Below, in pieces: positions 61,607 through 64,000 of a stretch of DNA of 64,000 bases; position 1 is the first letter of the stretch, and each line of letters opens with the position of its first letter. A program made the position numbers and the translations under genes. The notes below the pieces were generated by a model that ran no database searches, had not been told where the DNA came from, and worked only from the letters and a program-made list of their open reading frames with translations. The stretch is from the human T2T-CHM13v2.0 reference genome, Homo sapiens, in the NCBI RefSeq assembly GCF_009914755.1, contig NC_060925.1; one strand, 5' to 3'.

Positions 61607-61739
61607 ACTCTCATGGTGGATCCCTTGGCTTAGTAGTAGGCACAGAGAGGTTTAAGGAGCTATGACTAACAGAAATGAAAGTCAGAGTGGTTGTGCTGGA
61701 AATAATAAAGGAAGTATTAGTACTCTTATTGGGTGCTAT

Positions 61740-61860
61740 TACCATCGCTATATTATAGACAATAAAGAAGCTGAGGCAGAGAGAGGCTGTGAAACCTGCC
61801 CAGCATCACACAGAGGAGTCAGTATTTAAACTGGGAAGTCTTGATTAAACTCCTAACCCT
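61740..61860 (-). mobile_element. MIR fragment
   Basis: aagaagctgaggcagagagaggctgtgaaacctgcccagcatcacacag. Confidence 0.5.
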
Positions 61861-63454
61861 GGAAATGTTTAAATCCTGGAAGGAGGATGGCTTTGTAGGG
61901 TGACTACAGAGTCCTCAGACACTAGTGAGATGCTTTGAGTAAGTGACTTAAAGTCTTTGAGCACTGAAAGTCTATGATTTCATGAACACTATGGAATCAT
62001 AAGTCTATGATTTTATTCAGGGAAGTGAAATAGAGTGAGTTGAATCAAATATTTTGAAACAAAGGCTTGGATGCTCCAGGGGAGAGATTGGACTATTAAA
62101 AAATAGCAAATGGGATTTAGTTTTCAACACTGACATGCTGTCTGTGGTTGGGCCAGGCCCCGCCCACCTGAGCTGCCCATAGAGCTGTTCCCAGAGTGCA
62201 GAGATGACTGACTGCCTGAATCACATTTCTAATGCTTGTCTAACTGTTTCTCGTTTGATTCTTCTCTTATTGGAGTGTTGAGAGCTACGACGAGCCAAAG
62301 CTCCCTTTAGGGCAGCAAACCCCAGGAAAAACATAAAACAGTTCTCGGCCTGAATTCAGGATAAATCCTGTCCCCCTCATTATAAAATACCTATTATGTC
62401 CCTTTATCTCCAAGTGAGCAGCGTTATTTCAATTTAACAGTGTGTGAGAAATGTCCCACGATATAATAAAAAGATCAAGCATGCACTATTTAATGTCAGA
62501 ATGACAGATGCTTCAATTAGGCAGACAGGACTATTTCTCCCCAAAATAGATAAAGATGAAATTTTTATAAGATTGTGCTGTTTGTGTTTATGGTATGGTA
62601 CTGTTACAAGCTTTCATTACAATATAAATTAAAACAAAAACTCTTATTTCAGTGGAAACCGACCATCTTGCTAATAATTTTGCAACTCAGAACCGCTGTT
62701 TATCAAAGCCCTCGGTCCTCTCACCTGGGAAGAGAAGTCTTCACAGACCTGAGGCATCATCAGGTAACAAATCTCACTCCGACATTCAGAAATCCTTTTC
62801 CAAGAGAGACAGAAAGGCATGTTTCAAAGTCATCGTTTGGTCGAAGCTTGTGGATATATTTTTGACATGTGAACTTTTCTTTTCTCCTTGGTCTTGATCT
62901 CAAGTCACTGGACAGAGGATACTCAATGGGTGATTGCAAAGTCTGGGTGGGGGCCGGGGCACTAGTTTAGGTTCTGTCACTTGTCTGTCCCTCACCCTCA
63001 GCAGGTGCAATTGCTGCAGCTCCACTCACTACCAGGCCTGCCACTCTGGAGCCTCTTGGCCATCTGAGTCTGTAGCTCAAAGATTTCAATGTTTCTTTAG
63101 CATCCTCTAACCCACCGTGGAGGATTTTCTCAATCAATCCTATCACTACGAAAGAGACGTTGGTACCATTGACAGCCATGTATTCAGTTTCTAAAGCTTA
63201 ATTTCTAGTCACTCCTCCGCTTTCCATTTTAGGGTTTTATATTCTCCAATCGCCATGAGAACACATCTTTTTTTTATAAATGGGAAAATGCATCATCTCT
63301 GTAAAAACATTTGGAATTACATAACCAAATGTCTGGTTCCAGGAAAATGATGGGCTGAGGTAGCGTGGCGTGTCCCCTACTAAAAATGCACAGAAATAAC
63401 AGGTGAACTATAACCTTTCAACAGATACACAGTGTGGAGTATATGAATGCACGC

Positions 63455-63457
<3 letters not shown>

Positions 63458-63492
<35 letters not shown>

Positions 63493-63499
63493 GCACACA
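63458..63499. repeat. (CA)n microsatellite
   Basis: Directly visible. Confidence 0.95.
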
Positions 63500-64000
63500 T
63501 TTGGAATGGCCCTGGGCTAGAAATTAACAAGGAACAGGAAACGCTTGAGCTGTAGGTGCCTTAAATGGAGTAGTGAGACTGGGAGGGCCTGGAAGCTGGA
63601 TTTCTGAGTTGTGATGTTCATTAAGGGACTGGTATGAGGCCTTGGGCCCTGCTGAGGTGGGTGGTGCAGGGTGATTGAAAAATGGAAACTCCTGTTTCCC
63701 CTATGAATCTGAAGATCAAATTTATACTGCCAACATGATTCTTCTTTTAAAAAAATTACAAATGAATCTACCACAGAAATGGTATATTCCATGGGAATCT
63801 TACAAGCTCCAAGTTCCGAAAGTTTTCCTCTAGAATTTGTCTTTGTTTTCATTATAGTGCATCTTCTTCTATCATGACCAGAGGGGTATCAGCCACTTGG
63901 GACCTGTTTCTTAGCTTGGGATTTACTGGCTTCCCCCAAGAGTTCTCCCTTGATCGCCAGCATAAACTCAGCTTCTAGTGAGTGCAGAGGCTGTCTCTGA

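Noticed and set aside
59975-61665. Long His- and Thr/Ile-rich ORFs (382, 267 and 181 aa)
   Set aside because: These are translations of the CAT/CAC tandem array. Stops are rare because of base composition, and there is no gene context.

Overview
This is human genomic DNA: a human-specific AluYb8 sits at 10404-10722. The window is GC-rich and apparently non-coding (intergenic or deep intronic). I can support no host protein-coding exon, RNA gene, CRISPR array or prokaryotic system; apart from L1 and transposase remnants, the ORF track is chance or repeat-derived. The window is a mosaic of Alus, one young 5'-truncated L1PA2/3-like element with a 16-bp TSD, old L1M fragments, many MaLR solo LTRs (THE1/MST/MLT1), MER21, hAT DNA transposons, MIR/L2 relics and several large tandem arrays. 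The most striking observation is that the L1 at 17877-20400 carries about 38 sense-strand A>G changes, clustered towards its 3' end and including AA>GG and AAA>GGG runs. This is the pattern expected if ADAR-hyperedited L1 RNA had been reverse-transcribed and fixed in the genome. Other notable items are a 47-bp probable templated insertion copied from 6.1 kb away, a ~39-bp micro-L1 insertion, a 1.5-kb minisatellite grown inside an LTR, a 1.6-kb higher-order CAT/CAC array at a MIR tail, a ~660-bp AT array and a motif-dense candidate developmental enhancer near 48.2-48.45 kb. Subfamily calls and consensus comparisons come from my memory of the consensus sequences, not from a search. Boundaries of old repeats are approximate.
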